In this document: piece after piece, positions 1 to 8,874 of the stretch
How the letters are laid out: every line of letters begins with the position of its first letter
How positions within the stretch are numbered: the first letter of the stretch is position 1
IMG/VR virus record: IMGVR_UViG_3300045988_159706
DNA from: a virus
Reading direction: 5' to 3' (one strand)
DNA: 64,000 nucleotides
The notes under the pieces: model-generated
Seen by the model: the letters and a program-made list of their open reading frames with translations, nothing else
What the model was told of the DNA's origin: nothing
The model's database searches: none
Translations under genes and position numbers: made by a program

Positions 1-132
1 AAATTTCCACTCTCAAATAGTATTTGCAAACCTTTCAAAGAGCCACGATTTTGTATTGTTATGCGTATGAATTTGTGGAATAATAAAGGAGAACGTAAAT
101 ACCAATTAATTGATACAATATGTATTTCTTAA
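1..132 (+). CDS. 3' end of a gene starting upstream of the window (hypothetical)
   Basis: Frame 1 is open from the window edge to TAA at 130-132. Confidence 0.3.
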   Translation, partial: KFPLSNSICKPFKEPRFCIVMRMNLWNNKGERKYQLIDTICIS

Positions 133-349
133 ATTTTAATCCCCTTGGAAATGAGGGAAATGGAGGATATGTGGGAGTACTTATTTTCGTGGTGGTATTC
201 TGTATTATATGTCATCTCCTCTTTGAAAGAGATGATCATTAGGCTTTGATCGGCCTCTTGGTCCCTAAGATTGCACCCGTCATAGTAAAGTGATTATTCT
301 ACTCTTTATCTGCGACAGAAATGAGTAGATTTTTTTTATTTTTAGGTTT

Positions 350-517
350 ATGAAAGACGCAACAAAAGCAGCTATGAAAGCTGCATTGGCAGACATGGGT
401 ATTACCCTGGATAAGTTCAATAAGCTGGAACTCTCTGTAAAGCAAATGACAGAGATTGCAGCTGATGATGTGATTATCCGAAAAGAATCTATCACTACGG
501 TGACAATTGAAGAGTAA
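350..517 (+). CDS. small hypothetical protein (55 aa)
   Basis: ATG 350 to TAA 515-517; below the ORF-track size cut-off; minus-strand ORFs 280-544 look like shadows. Confidence 0.3.
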   Translation: MKDATKAAMKAALADMGITLDKFNKLELSVKQMTEIAADDVIIRKESITTVTIEE

Positions 518-666
518 GGAGGAATTAATCTTCCTACTCTTCAATTTTAAATTCGTCGTTTGGTTCTATTGTGAATGGATATCTTAAGAATCTTTTGACT
601 TCTTGTCATCTGTCATAAGACAACTGTCCTTCAATTTTCTTTGTTTCCGAATTTACTATTAAGTAA

Positions 667-1272
667 TTAGGTAAGGGAATATTCTTGGGTTTCAATGGAT
701 CCATCTTTGATTGATTTTAATTTATTAATTTCTTTCATAGCTCATTGAAGTTGTTTTTTGAGCTGTTCAATGTCTTCAGTATTCTTTTCTACTTTCTCAT
801 TTACATAAAGAACAGCTTGACAAACTTTAGCTAAATCTATAGCTCCTACAGTTCTTTGTAATCCAGTAGTTTCATCTCTTCTATAGGAAGTAAGTTCTGT
901 AAGTATTCCTTCATCTCTCATTTCTTTATTTCTTCGTCTAATTGTTCTTACAGATGTATGCATAGAATCTGCAAGCTCTTCTTGAGTTTTCATAGTATAT
1001 GCAAATCCTGTAGCAGGGTCCTTGTAAGAATTGGCTAAAACTCCCATTACATGTCCTTTTAAATCGGGAGATCAGTCCTTATCCAAGAATTCAAATGTAT
1101 ATCGTTCAAAATCTTCTTCAAGTTTTGTAAATTTATACACATTTGGCATTCTGGGTTTTCGAATTACCGTAAATGCACCTTCTCTTTCTAAAGCTAAAAT
1201 TGCTTTACGAATAGTGTTTAAAGCACATCCAGTTTCTTTTTTGATTGTATCTAAGGATGGAAATGCTTCCAT
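667..1272 (-). CDS. DNA-binding protein with two HTH-like segments (201 aa if TGA is sense)
   Basis: Track ORFs 1072-1272 and 742-1047 share one frame; separated by TGA (1072-1074), then continue through a second TGA (742-744) to TAA (667-669); HTH-like LDTIKKETGCALNTIRKAILALE and ELADSMHTSVRTIRRRNKEM. Confidence 0.65.
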
Positions 1273-1451
1273 TGTGTCTTTATTTATATGACGGCGAATG
1301 TGAGCATAAATATATCAGTCTTTAGAAGATAAGTTCCATTTAGATGGGTGTGGAACTTGCACATGTTGATTTTTTGTATATTCCATATATTATATAGTAT
1401 AAGTTTGCTATCACAAAGGTATATATTTTGTCCATCATTTCCAAATCGATA

Positions 1452-1635
1452 AGGTCAAAATTTATACTAGAGGACAGATTTGATAGGTGACAGGCCAGAT
1501 TTGAACTAGGGGAGGCGGCCAAATTTGAACGTCAACAGGCCAGATTTGGTACACTAACTATATAACCAACTAAACCCACGTAACTATATAATAGCGACCA
1601 CCTTGAGGTGGATCGCCGAGATGCCCAATTTGGGT
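1452..1635. promoter_or_regulatory. iteron-like direct repeats in a divergent intergenic region
   Basis: GGCCAGATTTGAAC (1493-1506), GGCCAAATTTGAAC (1517-1530), GGCCAGATTTGGTAC (1538-1552), GGACAGATTTGA (1472-1483), GCCCAATTTGGG (1623-1634); spacing about 21-24 nt. Confidence 0.5.
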
Positions 1636-1657
1636 TTTCGACCTCAAACTTGAAAAT

Positions 1658-1858
1658 ATGTCAGAGTATTCTGCAACAAATATAACACAATCAGTACTTC
1701 CTAGTGATGATAAAAAGTATCCACTTAAAGAGAATTCTACTATAAATTGGAATAGGAAGATGTTAATGGAATATTTTGAGGGTGTGAAGAAGATGAAAGG
1801 TGCTAGAGGGGACAGTCAAATCCTCCCTTCCTCTCCAGAAACTTTCTCTCTTTCTTAA
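1658..1858 (+). CDS. hypothetical protein
   Basis: ORF track; ATG start, TAA stop. Confidence 0.35.
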   Translation: MSEYSATNITQSVLPSDDKKYPLKENSTINWNRKMLMEYFEGVKKMKGARGDSQILPSSPETFSLS

Positions 1859-2125
1859 TCTCAAAATTCATCCTTAATATTCTTCCACATGGTACTCATC
1901 CTTAATCCAAATACTAAAGAAGCTACAACTCTCAACCTTTCTGAATTTCAACTCTTTATTGGAAATCGTCATCTCTCTATAAAAGACCTCTCTGGAGATC
2001 TTGCCATAGAAAATATTCCAATTAATGAGAATAGAAACTCTAGAAAGCCTTTTCATGTTTCTACTCAACAATACAAATTACAAATATTCAAATAGCCATG
2101 CCTGTAGAAATGATCATCATGATGA

Positions 2126-2323
2126 TTGGGAGGCCATTTCCAGAAAGCTTTGGATGAGACTGGTAAAGAGACTTTTACCAAAGATGACCTCATTCCTATC
2201 CACACCAAAGCACTTGCGGATTTCTGCGCAAGTTTTTCTGAAAAGAAGAAAGAAACGGAACAGAAAAACAAAGAAGCAGAACTCGCAGAATTGGGAATTT
2301 TTCCTAAGTCTGGTATTTCGTAG
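2126..2323 (+). CDS. hypothetical protein (start uncertain, TTG)
   Basis: ORF track; overlapping alternative-frame ORFs make this region ambiguous. Confidence 0.25.
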   Translation: MGGHFQKALDETGKETFTKDDLIPIHTKALADFCASFSEKKKETEQKNKEAELAELGIFPKSGIS

Positions 2324-2460
2324 TAAAGTAAATTCATCGTTATCTATAAAATCCTGATATCAGGTTGTGAACGGAAAAATTCGATTGCTTTGCAAGGTTG
2401 AAAACCCGTCCGTTCCTTTTTTAAATCTTTTAAGTTTAACAATATCTAAAATTGTACACC

Positions 2461-2703
2461 ATGGAATACAAAGCAATTTCCAAGAAGACGATGCGTTCCA
2501 AGGATTTCAAAGCCCTCAAGGCAAAAAAGCCTGGTTATCGCATGCACATTGCAACTACGGAGGACAAGACCAAAGAGACACTCTTCCGTACAACGCGTGG
2601 GTTCTTCCTTCAGAAGAATTCCGAACCCGCGATCGAAATCTCTGTAACGCAGGCTCAGGCCTTCTACGATAACTATAATATCGGGATTGAAACAGGCTGG
2701 TAG
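2461..2703 (+). CDS. hypothetical protein
   Basis: ATG at 2461 inside track ORF 2452-2703; TAG stop; hairpin plus T-run upstream (2369-2430). Confidence 0.5.
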   Translation: MEYKAISKKTMRSKDFKALKAKKPGYRMHIATTEDKTKETLFRTTRGFFLQKNSEPAIEISVTQAQAFYDNYNIGIETGW

Positions 2704-2705
2704 AT

Positions 2706-2855
2706 ATGACCAGAGAAGAGCTCAAAGAAAGAGTATCAAAGCTCATTCAAACATTAGAGAACGTTGAGAGATCTCTTCAGTTTACAAATATCCCTGTATA
2801 CGTTCTTACCAACTACATCAAAGAAGAAACAAACATTGACATCACAAAAAACTAA
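2706..2855 (+). CDS. small hypothetical protein (49 aa)
   Basis: ATG 2706 directly after the previous stop; TAA 2853-2855. Confidence 0.35.
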   Translation: MTREELKERVSKLIQTLENVERSLQFTNIPVYVLTNYIKEETNIDITKN

Positions 2856-2862
2856 AAAGATC

Positions 2863-3198
2863 ATGGCAAAGAAAGAAATCAAAAAGCAGACCATCGAAGA
2901 AATCCTTGCAGAGCACACTCCGACCTCCGACGCCGTCAAGAGCGCAGTCCAGCGTTACAACGAAGAGAAGAAGAAGAAGCAGGAACAGATCATCATCGAT
3001 ACCCTCGGCGCCGTCGACTGCATCGTCTCGGACCTCGTGGACGACCTTCGCAGGATCCGTGCAGAAGAGAAACGAGCTCAGCAGCGTATCCTCGACGTGA
3101 CGGCGGCCAAGGAGGCCTATCTAGCAGATCCCGATCAGGAGGTTCTGGCCCAGGGGCTTCGCAAGGCAGGCATCAGCCTGTCCCGTTATGCAGAGTAA
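2863..3198 (+). CDS. hypothetical coiled-coil protein
   Basis: ATG 2863 (MAKKEIKK...) inside track ORF 2764-3198; visibly higher G+C than the rest of the window. Confidence 0.55.
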   Translation: MAKKEIKKQTIEEILAEHTPTSDAVKSAVQRYNEEKKKKQEQIIIDTLGAVDCIVSDLVDDLRRIRAEEKRAQQRILDVTAAKEAYLADPDQEVLAQGLRKAGISLSRYAE

Positions 3199-3359
3199 CG
3201 GGAACTCGTCTAAGCGAGTCTAAACAGATCTTTAAGCTTAGAGCGTCTCTGGTCTTTATGACTAGAGGGTAGATAGAAGAAATTTAGATTTATAAAAATT
3301 TTAAATTTCTTATAAATTTATTATTATTATGTTGATATTAGCCCACCTAATTATAAATA

Positions 3360-3720
3360 ATATGGAAGAACTTTGAATTCGGAAATATTACTTAAAGGTG
3401 GGACGGAGGATATGGCCAGTTCCCTTGAGACAGTGCCATATTCAAGTATGTTATCTAGTCAATAATGTACTTCAGAGAAGGTTTTACACGCTCTGTTCCA
3501 TTGTGCTATCAAGCCTTAACCCGACTTAAACTTAGTCTATGGGACTTTGATCGGTCCCATAGGCTCTTATGTGGTAGTGATTGCCGCGTTACTTCAATTT
3601 TGTTCATAGTGTTATTACTCTCTTCGAAATTGCCACATCTTGCAAGATCTGAGGGTTTGGTTGCAATCCAAGAAGCAGAAGAAAGAAAATGGTTATAAAC
3701 TAAGTATTTCAAGCAACAAC
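3360..3720 (+). ncRNA. candidate structured non-coding RNA upstream of tRNA-Glu
   Basis: No convincing ORF; 9-bp hairpin CTATGGGAC/GTCCCATAG with loop TTTGATCG (3537-3562); 7-bp hairpin ATATGGC/GCCATAT (3410-3440). Confidence 0.3.
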
Positions 3721-3723
3721 GTC

Positions 3724-3798
3724 GCTCGGTTCGTCTAGTTGGCCTAGGACGCAGGATTTTCATTCCTGAAATCATGGGTTCAAATCCCATACCGAGTA
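3724..3798 (+). tRNA. tRNA-Glu: tRNA-Glu (anticodon UUC)
   Basis: Cloverleaf by hand; anticodon arm CAGGA-TTTTCAT-TCCTG; T arm ATGGG-TTCAAAT-CCCAT; G1-U72 wobble. Confidence 0.85.
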
Positions 3799-3816
3799 CA
3801 ACTTAAACTTAAATAA

Positions 3817-3978
3817 ATGAAATCTTTCCTCATAACGTATCTCTTCTATAACGAAGAAGGGATTCCGATTCAAAGTTCTCTTCCTGTTCTTGCTAAAGAT
3901 GAATCTGACGCAAGAAATACTATGAAGTTACTCGCATTTGGGTGTATTGAAATCATATCAATTCAAAGAAATGGATAA
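3817..3978 (+). CDS. small hypothetical protein (53 aa)
   Basis: ATG 3817 to TAA 3976-3978. Confidence 0.3.
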   Translation: MKSFLITYLFYNEEGIPIQSSLPVLAKDESDARNTMKLLAFGCIEIISIQRNG

Positions 3979-4210
3979 TGAAACTCTCGGAGGTTGCATG
4001 GGAGCAATCATCGGAATTGTTGTAATTATCGCTATTGCAGCCTTCTTTATGAGCATTTTCATTTATTTGCTCTGGCCTGTAGTGATTCCCGCAGTATTTC
4101 CCAAACTTGTAGCAGAAGGTTACATTGTAGGTAAACTTTCACCTGCGCTCTCTTTAGGAGTTGCTATACTTTGTGCAAGTCTCTTTAAGGGAACTAGTTA
4201 CAAAAATTAA
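3971..4210 (+). CDS. small membrane protein
   Basis: ATG 3971 inside track ORF 3938-4210; two hydrophobic segments. Confidence 0.5.
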   Translation: MDNETLGGCMGAIIGIVVIIAIAAFFMSIFIYLLWPVVIPAVFPKLVAEGYIVGKLSPALSLGVAILCASLFKGTSYKN

Positions 4211-4217
4211 AATTATT

Positions 4218-4291
4218 GGTGGTTTCATCTAGTTGCGTTAGGATACCAGAGTCTCATTCTGGAAACAGAGGTTGGAGTCCTCTAATCACTA
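4218..4291 (+). tRNA. tRNA-Glu: tRNA-Glu (anticodon CUC)
   Basis: Anticodon arm CCAGA-GTCTCAT-TCTGG; T arm AGAGG-TTGGAGT-CCTCT; acceptor GGTGGTT/AATCACT with G1-U72. Confidence 0.75.
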
Positions 4292-4322
4292 CAAATGTTT
4301 AACAATATCACAAATTGTACTT

Positions 4323-5051
4323 ATGACAAAAAATCTGTTCTCGAATCGCACTCCTTTTGAGAAGTGTTATCTCGTAGAAAACGTAAAACAGCTTTCGTTC
4401 ATTCCTGGGAATCGTAATCTCAGAATGGCTCATGTCAAAAGCATTTTCAAAGCCTTCCTTAACGGAGAGTGGATTCCTCCCGTGTTTGTCACTCCCAAAG
4501 GAGAGGTACTGGATGGTCAGCATCGTATCGCAGCATTTCGTATGCTGAAGGAGAAATACCCTGATAGCAAAGCAGCTCTTCCTGTGATGGTTGTTAATGC
4601 AGACGAATCAGCTCTGTTGTCGGCAATCAAGTTTAATTCGGGACATGCCAATTGGGTGATTGAGGACTACATGAGAGCGCATCTGGAGAAAGGTATTCAT
4701 GGGTATGAGCAGCTTCGTGACTTTTTGAAAGCTTACCCTGAATTCGAAATCAAAGCTGCAATCCAGCTTATCAAGGGTAAGCACTCTACGAAAGAGTTCA
4801 AAGAAGGAGCTCTGAAAATCTCTGACGAAGAGTACATGGAAGCTTCCAAAAAGGCTGCTGCTCTGTGTCTTATCTCAGTGAAACTCAACACCAAGGTTGT
4901 TTTCCATCGGGATGTCGTGGTGGCATTCTACCGCGTATGGGATAAAATCCCCAATATCCAGACGTATGTCAAACGACTGAGTCTCTTCAAAATGCCGCTC
5001 ACTGAATCCCGTAAAGAATGGGAGAGAGCGTACGAGGACTTACTGCGGTAA
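4323..5051 (+). CDS. ParB-like nuclease/partition domain protein
   Basis: ATG 4323 downstream of the tRNA that track ORF 4272-5051 runs through; motif VLDGQHRIAAF. Confidence 0.7.
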   Translation: MTKNLFSNRTPFEKCYLVENVKQLSFIPGNRNLRMAHVKSIFKAFLNGEWIPPVFVTPKGEVLDGQHRIAAFRMLKEKYPDSKAALPVMVVNADESALLSAIKFNSGHANWVIEDYMRAHLEKGIHGYEQLRDFLKAYPEFEIKAAIQLIKGKHSTKEFKEGALKISDEEYMEASKKAAALCLISVKLNTKVVFHRDVVVAFYRVWDKIPNIQTYVKRLSLFKMPLTESRKEWERAYEDLLR

Positions 5052-5099
5052 GACCTCTATAAGTCAATAAAGTTTTTACTTTATGCCTGCTACGATTTT

Positions 5100-5700
5100 C
5101 GAGCGTGTGATTAAATAGAAATTCCTTTAAGGAATTCTATTATGAACGCAGGTCGGTGATGGTCACTATCTCAGCCTCGCCACAACGAAATACGCGCTGT
5201 CTGCTGTTGTTTTCTTTTTACATAACTTGAATCAACTGGATTAAACCTTGATTTAGAGAGGGAATTAAAGGCAATCCTTATAAATAAGCCTGTATTTTAC
5301 TTCTGCCGTGGTAATGCAGATGAATAAGTGTTTGGTTGATTTAAGGTGAATCGTTTTCTTTGATTGTAGGTTCTTGTCGTAAGAAGTAACCTACGGGTTG
5401 TAGAGTTCGGATTTACCAATCCTTAAACCTATTTAACCAACTCTACAAGCTTTGTAAATTTAGTCACTTTACAAAGTGTAGCTCTACCTGCTGAGTGAGT
5501 CCTCTTACGGAGTTCGAGGAAGGATGCAGGACGACTTGCGCCAAGGTCCGAAGAATGTCTACTTCGTCGACACAGCAAGAGATCTTTACTTGAAGGCTCA
5601 TACTTTCTTTGTTTGTCCAGAGAGTGTAAAGATTTTAATATTTATGTGGCCGATTAATTTATCTATATCTGTAGCCTGGCAAGCGTTGACAATGCAGATA
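5100..5700 (+). ncRNA. candidate large structured RNA (about 600 nt)
   Basis: Perfect helices: 5115-5140, 5366-5394 (7 bp), 5398-5407/5439-5448 (10 bp), 5450-5476 (9 bp), 5582-5633 (8 bp); ACAGCAAG box at 5572-5579; no convincing ORF. Confidence 0.4.
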
Positions 5701-5719
5701 TTTTTTTAATTTGAAAATT

Positions 5720-6016
5720 ATGATTGGAATATATATATTCTGGGGAGTGATGACTATTTTATCCTTTTCACTATGGTTCATTGCGAGAGCTGCGTGGATT
5801 GAGAATACTCCTGATAAAAATAAATGTTTTTGGGTTTGTTTAGTAGGAACAATTCTTATACAATTTTTATTATTTGCAGCAGTAGAAACCGCAAAACCTA
5901 AAACAACTCTTCCAACAGAGAAAGTAAAAATTACTATTAATAGTAACATTCCTAGAGACTCTATAGAATTAATAGTCAATTCCAATTATGAAGCACATAG
6001 TACTGATCTCCCATAA
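5720..6016 (+). CDS. membrane protein
   Basis: ATG 5720 within track ORF 5711-6016; two TM-like segments. Confidence 0.5.
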   Translation: MIGIYIFWGVMTILSFSLWFIARAAWIENTPDKNKCFWVCLVGTILIQFLLFAAVETAKPKTTLPTEKVKITINSNIPRDSIELIVNSNYEAHSTDLP

Positions 6017-6131
6017 CAGCGAAAATTCTTGGAAAGGTTTTTCAAGTTATAAAGAGGCTTTACAGTATATGGATTATTTAGAGGAACAGTTTGACGATAT
6101 CACTGTAGAACTGGCCTATCTTTCTGAATAA
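5988..6131 (+). CDS. small hypothetical protein (47 aa)
   Basis: ATG 5988 to TAA 6129-6131. Confidence 0.3.
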   Translation: MKHIVLISHNSENSWKGFSSYKEALQYMDYLEEQFDDITVELAYLSE

Positions 6132-6156
6132 GAAATTTAATCAAACAATAAACAGT

Positions 6157-6333
6157 ATGAAGGGTGGAAAACCTGGACTGAATGTCCGTCGCAAAGGTGC
6201 TCTTGCTACGTATGCAGCTTTCAAAAAAGCAGGAAAAGACAAGGAAATCAAAGGGAAGATCATTCCTTTTGACCATGAACTCGCTCGTATGGAGCGTGAA
6301 ATGGAAGTACTCAAATCTCGAATCTACAACTAA
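6157..6333 (+). CDS. small basic hypothetical protein (58 aa)
   Basis: ATG 6157 to TAA 6331-6333. Confidence 0.4.
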   Translation: MKGGKPGLNVRRKGALATYAAFKKAGKDKEIKGKIIPFDHELARMEREMEVLKSRIYN

Positions 6334-6344
6334 AGAAAAAACAC

Positions 6345-6533
6345 ATGGCAATTATCGGACAAGTACATCGTATCACTGAGAAACTCAGACTGGAAGCGAT
6401 GAAAAAGGAAGCACGTCGGACTCGTCATTACATTCAGAAGATCGAGTTCTTCAACCCGAAAACGAAAAAGAAAGAGATTCGGGAGATCGAACATTTCAAG
6501 CCCAAGAAGAAAAAGGAAGAAACCGCAGCGTAA
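6345..6533 (+). CDS. small lysine-rich hypothetical protein
   Basis: ORF track. Confidence 0.45.
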   Translation: MAIIGQVHRITEKLRLEAMKKEARRTRHYIQKIEFFNPKTKKKEIREIEHFKPKKKKEETAA

Positions 6534-6540
6534 AGCTGTA

Positions 6541-6615
6541 GAGAGCTATAGTATTTATAGGTAAGTACACTACTCTGAGGAGTAGAGATAGAGGTTCAAA
6601 TCCTCTTAGCTCTCC
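6541..6615 (+). tRNA. non-canonical tRNA-like gene (identity unclear)
   Basis: T arm AGAGG-TTCAAAT-CCTCT; 8-bp acceptor GAGAGCTA/TAGCTCTC; anticodon arm CTACT-CTGAGG-AGTAG has a 6-nt loop (or 4 bp plus 8 nt). Confidence 0.4.
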
Positions 6616-6636
6616 AAGACTTTTAAAATTTGTATA

Positions 6637-6750
6637 ATGGAAAAAGTGACACAAAATGTACCTGATACAGGTTGTATAGATCCTGATGAATTCGTGAATG
6701 ACCCTTGTATCGAAGCCATAGAGGATGAAGAACTTCTTAACATAGAATAA
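6637..6750 (+). CDS. small acidic hypothetical protein (37 aa)
   Basis: ATG 6637 to TAA 6748-6750. Confidence 0.25.
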   Translation: MEKVTQNVPDTGCIDPDEFVNDPCIEAIEDEELLNIE

Positions 6751-6751
6751 T

Positions 6752-7171
6752 ATGTACATAATAACTTTAATTTTAGGAATTGTAGGTGTCGTCCTTCTTG
6801 CTTTTGCAATCAGGGAAGATGAAGATGATCGAGCCTTCCCGTTGGGAATACTATCAGTAGTCTCTCTGATATGCTCAGTGATGCTCTGGTGCTATACTGA
6901 CACCAAGCATGAACGAGAACAACCCTTAACAACAATTTCAACTTTTGTTGAGGAGCATTCTCAATACCTCTCTCCAACTACAGTGAGAACTATAAGTGCA
7001 GCACCTATTCGGGAAATGCCTGATGGATGTTTCGTATATAGTGTTATTCTGGTTGATCAGGATTCTATGTATACGTATTCTGCAGTTCTGGACCCTGAGA
7101 ACATTGAGGTAGTTAATTTTATTCTCGAAGAATCTATTCCTCGACTCGAAAATCATCAAAATAAAAAATAA
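6752..7171 (+). CDS. membrane protein
   Basis: ORF track; two N-terminal TM segments. Confidence 0.55.
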   Translation: MYIITLILGIVGVVLLAFAIREDEDDRAFPLGILSVVSLICSVMLWCYTDTKHEREQPLTTISTFVEEHSQYLSPTTVRTISAAPIREMPDGCFVYSVILVDQDSMYTYSAVLDPENIEVVNFILEESIPRLENHQNKK

Positions 7172-7174
7172 ACA

Positions 7175-7837
7175 ATGGCAAAAAATCGTCTTTTTGGTTG
7201 GATGTTCGTTGAGGACTCCAATAAAGAGTCTGAGACAGTTAAACCTCGTACTTCACAGGAAGCGTCTGCTCCTGCTGCGGTTGCTGTTCCTAGTCCTGTC
7301 GTAACTTCTGTGCCTGCTCCTACGATTATGGCATCAGGAGATGTAGATACCAAATTGGTGGAACTCCTGGAACGCAAGATCAACGAAGCAAATCTTCCTG
7401 GTCCTGACTATCTGGAACTTCTCCAGTCTGCGGAACAGATGAAGCAGTATATCCCTGATGAGACTACACGTCTCAAAGCTGCTTTTGGTTCCATTCAGGG
7501 CATGGATCCTCGGATGACGAAGGATGTCGTTCTGGCATCGATTGACACCTATCTGGGTGTAATTGAAGCTGAACGAGGGAAAGCAAAGCTTCGCATGGAA
7601 AAGCTTCGTAAGGAAACTGTCGAGGATAAGGCAGAAGAGCTGAAGGCAACGAATCTTCGTATCGAGCAGCTTCGTGAGGAACTGAAAACTCTCACGGACA
7701 AGTCGATTGATCTCAATTCCGAAATTCAGAAGAATACGGCAGAGACAACCGCATTTGAAGCTCGAACGAATGCGACCATTGACAAGGTTACGAATCGTCT
7801 GAACGAGGACAAGGTCCGACTGACACAAATTCTGTAA
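7175..7837 (+). CDS. coiled-coil protein
   Basis: ORF track; long heptad-like C-terminal half. Confidence 0.55.
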   Translation: MAKNRLFGWMFVEDSNKESETVKPRTSQEASAPAAVAVPSPVVTSVPAPTIMASGDVDTKLVELLERKINEANLPGPDYLELLQSAEQMKQYIPDETTRLKAAFGSIQGMDPRMTKDVVLASIDTYLGVIEAERGKAKLRMEKLRKETVEDKAEELKATNLRIEQLREELKTLTDKSIDLNSEIQKNTAETTAFEARTNATIDKVTNRLNEDKVRLTQIL

Positions 7838-7839
7838 GT

Positions 7840-8874
7840 ATGATGCTGCCTGAAGGTTCAAGTCTCTCTAACTGGGAAAAACCAGGAGGCAAAACTGGTA
7901 TGGTAGTTTTGGGTTTGTTAGGTGCAGGAGGGTTGATGCTTTTTTATAAAGCTCTTCCTTTCCTGATTACTCTAGCATCCAATACACTGTACCTTGGGCT
8001 GCTCCTGGGATTAATTGCAGGAACTATCTATCTCCTGTGTGACCCCAAGTTCAGGAAAATCTGCTCTGCCACTTACTTTATGTTAATGAGAAAGTTAACT
8101 GGATTGGTTATTGAAATCGATCCTATTGCTATCGTGGAACAACGTATCCGTGATATGCAGAAAAAGTCAGCTGATATTAAAAAGGTAATGGGAGATCTCA
8201 GAGGTTGTATTATTCGTTCTAAGAACGATATTCAGAACGATACAAGGGAAATGCGTAATTGCATGGATGAAGCACAAGTGTCTGAGCGTAATGGAAACAT
8301 TGCAATGGCAACAATTCAAAAGCGCCAAGCACTTCGTCTTAAAGAATCGTTAGATGATCAGTTACTTGCTCTTAAGAACTCAGAAATGTGGTTTGATAAG
8401 CTTAAAAAGCTTGAAGAGTATGCTAATCTGACGATTCAGGATGTTACTAACGAAGTAAATATTCGTAAGAAAACATTCGAGCGCATTCGTGCCCAGCACA
8501 AAGCTTTCAAATCTGTAATGTCTATCGTTAAGGGAGACCCTGACGAATTGGCAATGTTCACTGATGCTATGGATTTCATGGCAAAGGATATCTCGGATAA
8601 AATCGGAGAGATGGAACATGTCATTGACTCTACTACGGGTATGCTGGCTGACCTGGACGCAAAGAATGGTGTTGCCAATATGAGGGCAGAAGAATTGTTG
8701 GAACGATACAACAAGTCAGGAATTGACAGTCTCTTTAATAAGTTCTCTGATGGTCGTAAGGCTATCGCTGCACCGAAAGTAGGGGAGTATGTTCAGTTCC
8801 AAGAAATTCTCAAAGTCCCCGTAAATGGTAACGAAGCCGCTCCCAAGTCCCTCGACGATTTCTGGGGTGAGTAA
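7840..8874 (+). CDS. membrane-anchored coiled-coil protein, tentatively PspA/IM30-like
   Basis: ORF track; two N-terminal TM segments then about 250 aa of coiled coil; the family call is a resemblance only. Confidence 0.5.
   Translation: MMLPEGSSLSNWEKPGGKTGMVVLGLLGAGGLMLFYKALPFLITLASNTLYLGLLLGLIAGTIYLLCDPKFRKICSATYFMLMRKLTGLVIEIDPIAIVEQRIRDMQKKSADIKKVMGDLRGCIIRSKNDIQNDTREMRNCMDEAQVSERNGNIAMATIQKRQALRLKESLDDQLLALKNSEMWFDKLKKLEEYANLTIQDVTNEVNIRKKTFERIRAQHKAFKSVMSIVKGDPDELAMFTDAMDFMAKDISDKIGEMEHVIDSTTGMLADLDAKNGVANMRAEELLERYNKSGIDSLFNKFSDGRKAIAAPKVGEYVQFQEILKVPVNGNEAAPKSLDDFWGE

Noticed and set aside
280-544. Minus-strand ORFs 280-495 and 299-544
   Set aside because: They overlap a more protein-like plus-strand ORF (350-517) and have low-complexity, Cys/Phe-rich translations. 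They are probably shadow ORFs.
1889-2323. TAG readthrough joining ORFs 1889-2095 and 2126-2323, which share a frame
   Set aside because: The TAG at 2093 is followed by another TAG at 2105, and I found no in-frame TAG in any well-supported gene. TAG is treated as a stop. Coding status at 1860-2360 stays ambiguous, with several overlapping ORFs.
5524-5709. 61-aa ORF inside the 5.1-5.7 kb non-coding region
   Set aside because: It overlaps several long perfect helices, has no obvious ribosome-binding context, and its odd composition is consistent with a chance ORF. The region is treated as an RNA candidate.
7334-7861. Long antisense ORFs inside clear plus-strand genes (7334-7861, 9702-10157, 24977-25444, 25454-25927 and similar)
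   Set aside because: They lie opposite well-supported genes and have skewed composition (Leu/Ser/Cys/Phe-rich). They are typical antisense shadows of coiled-coil or AT-rich coding sequence.
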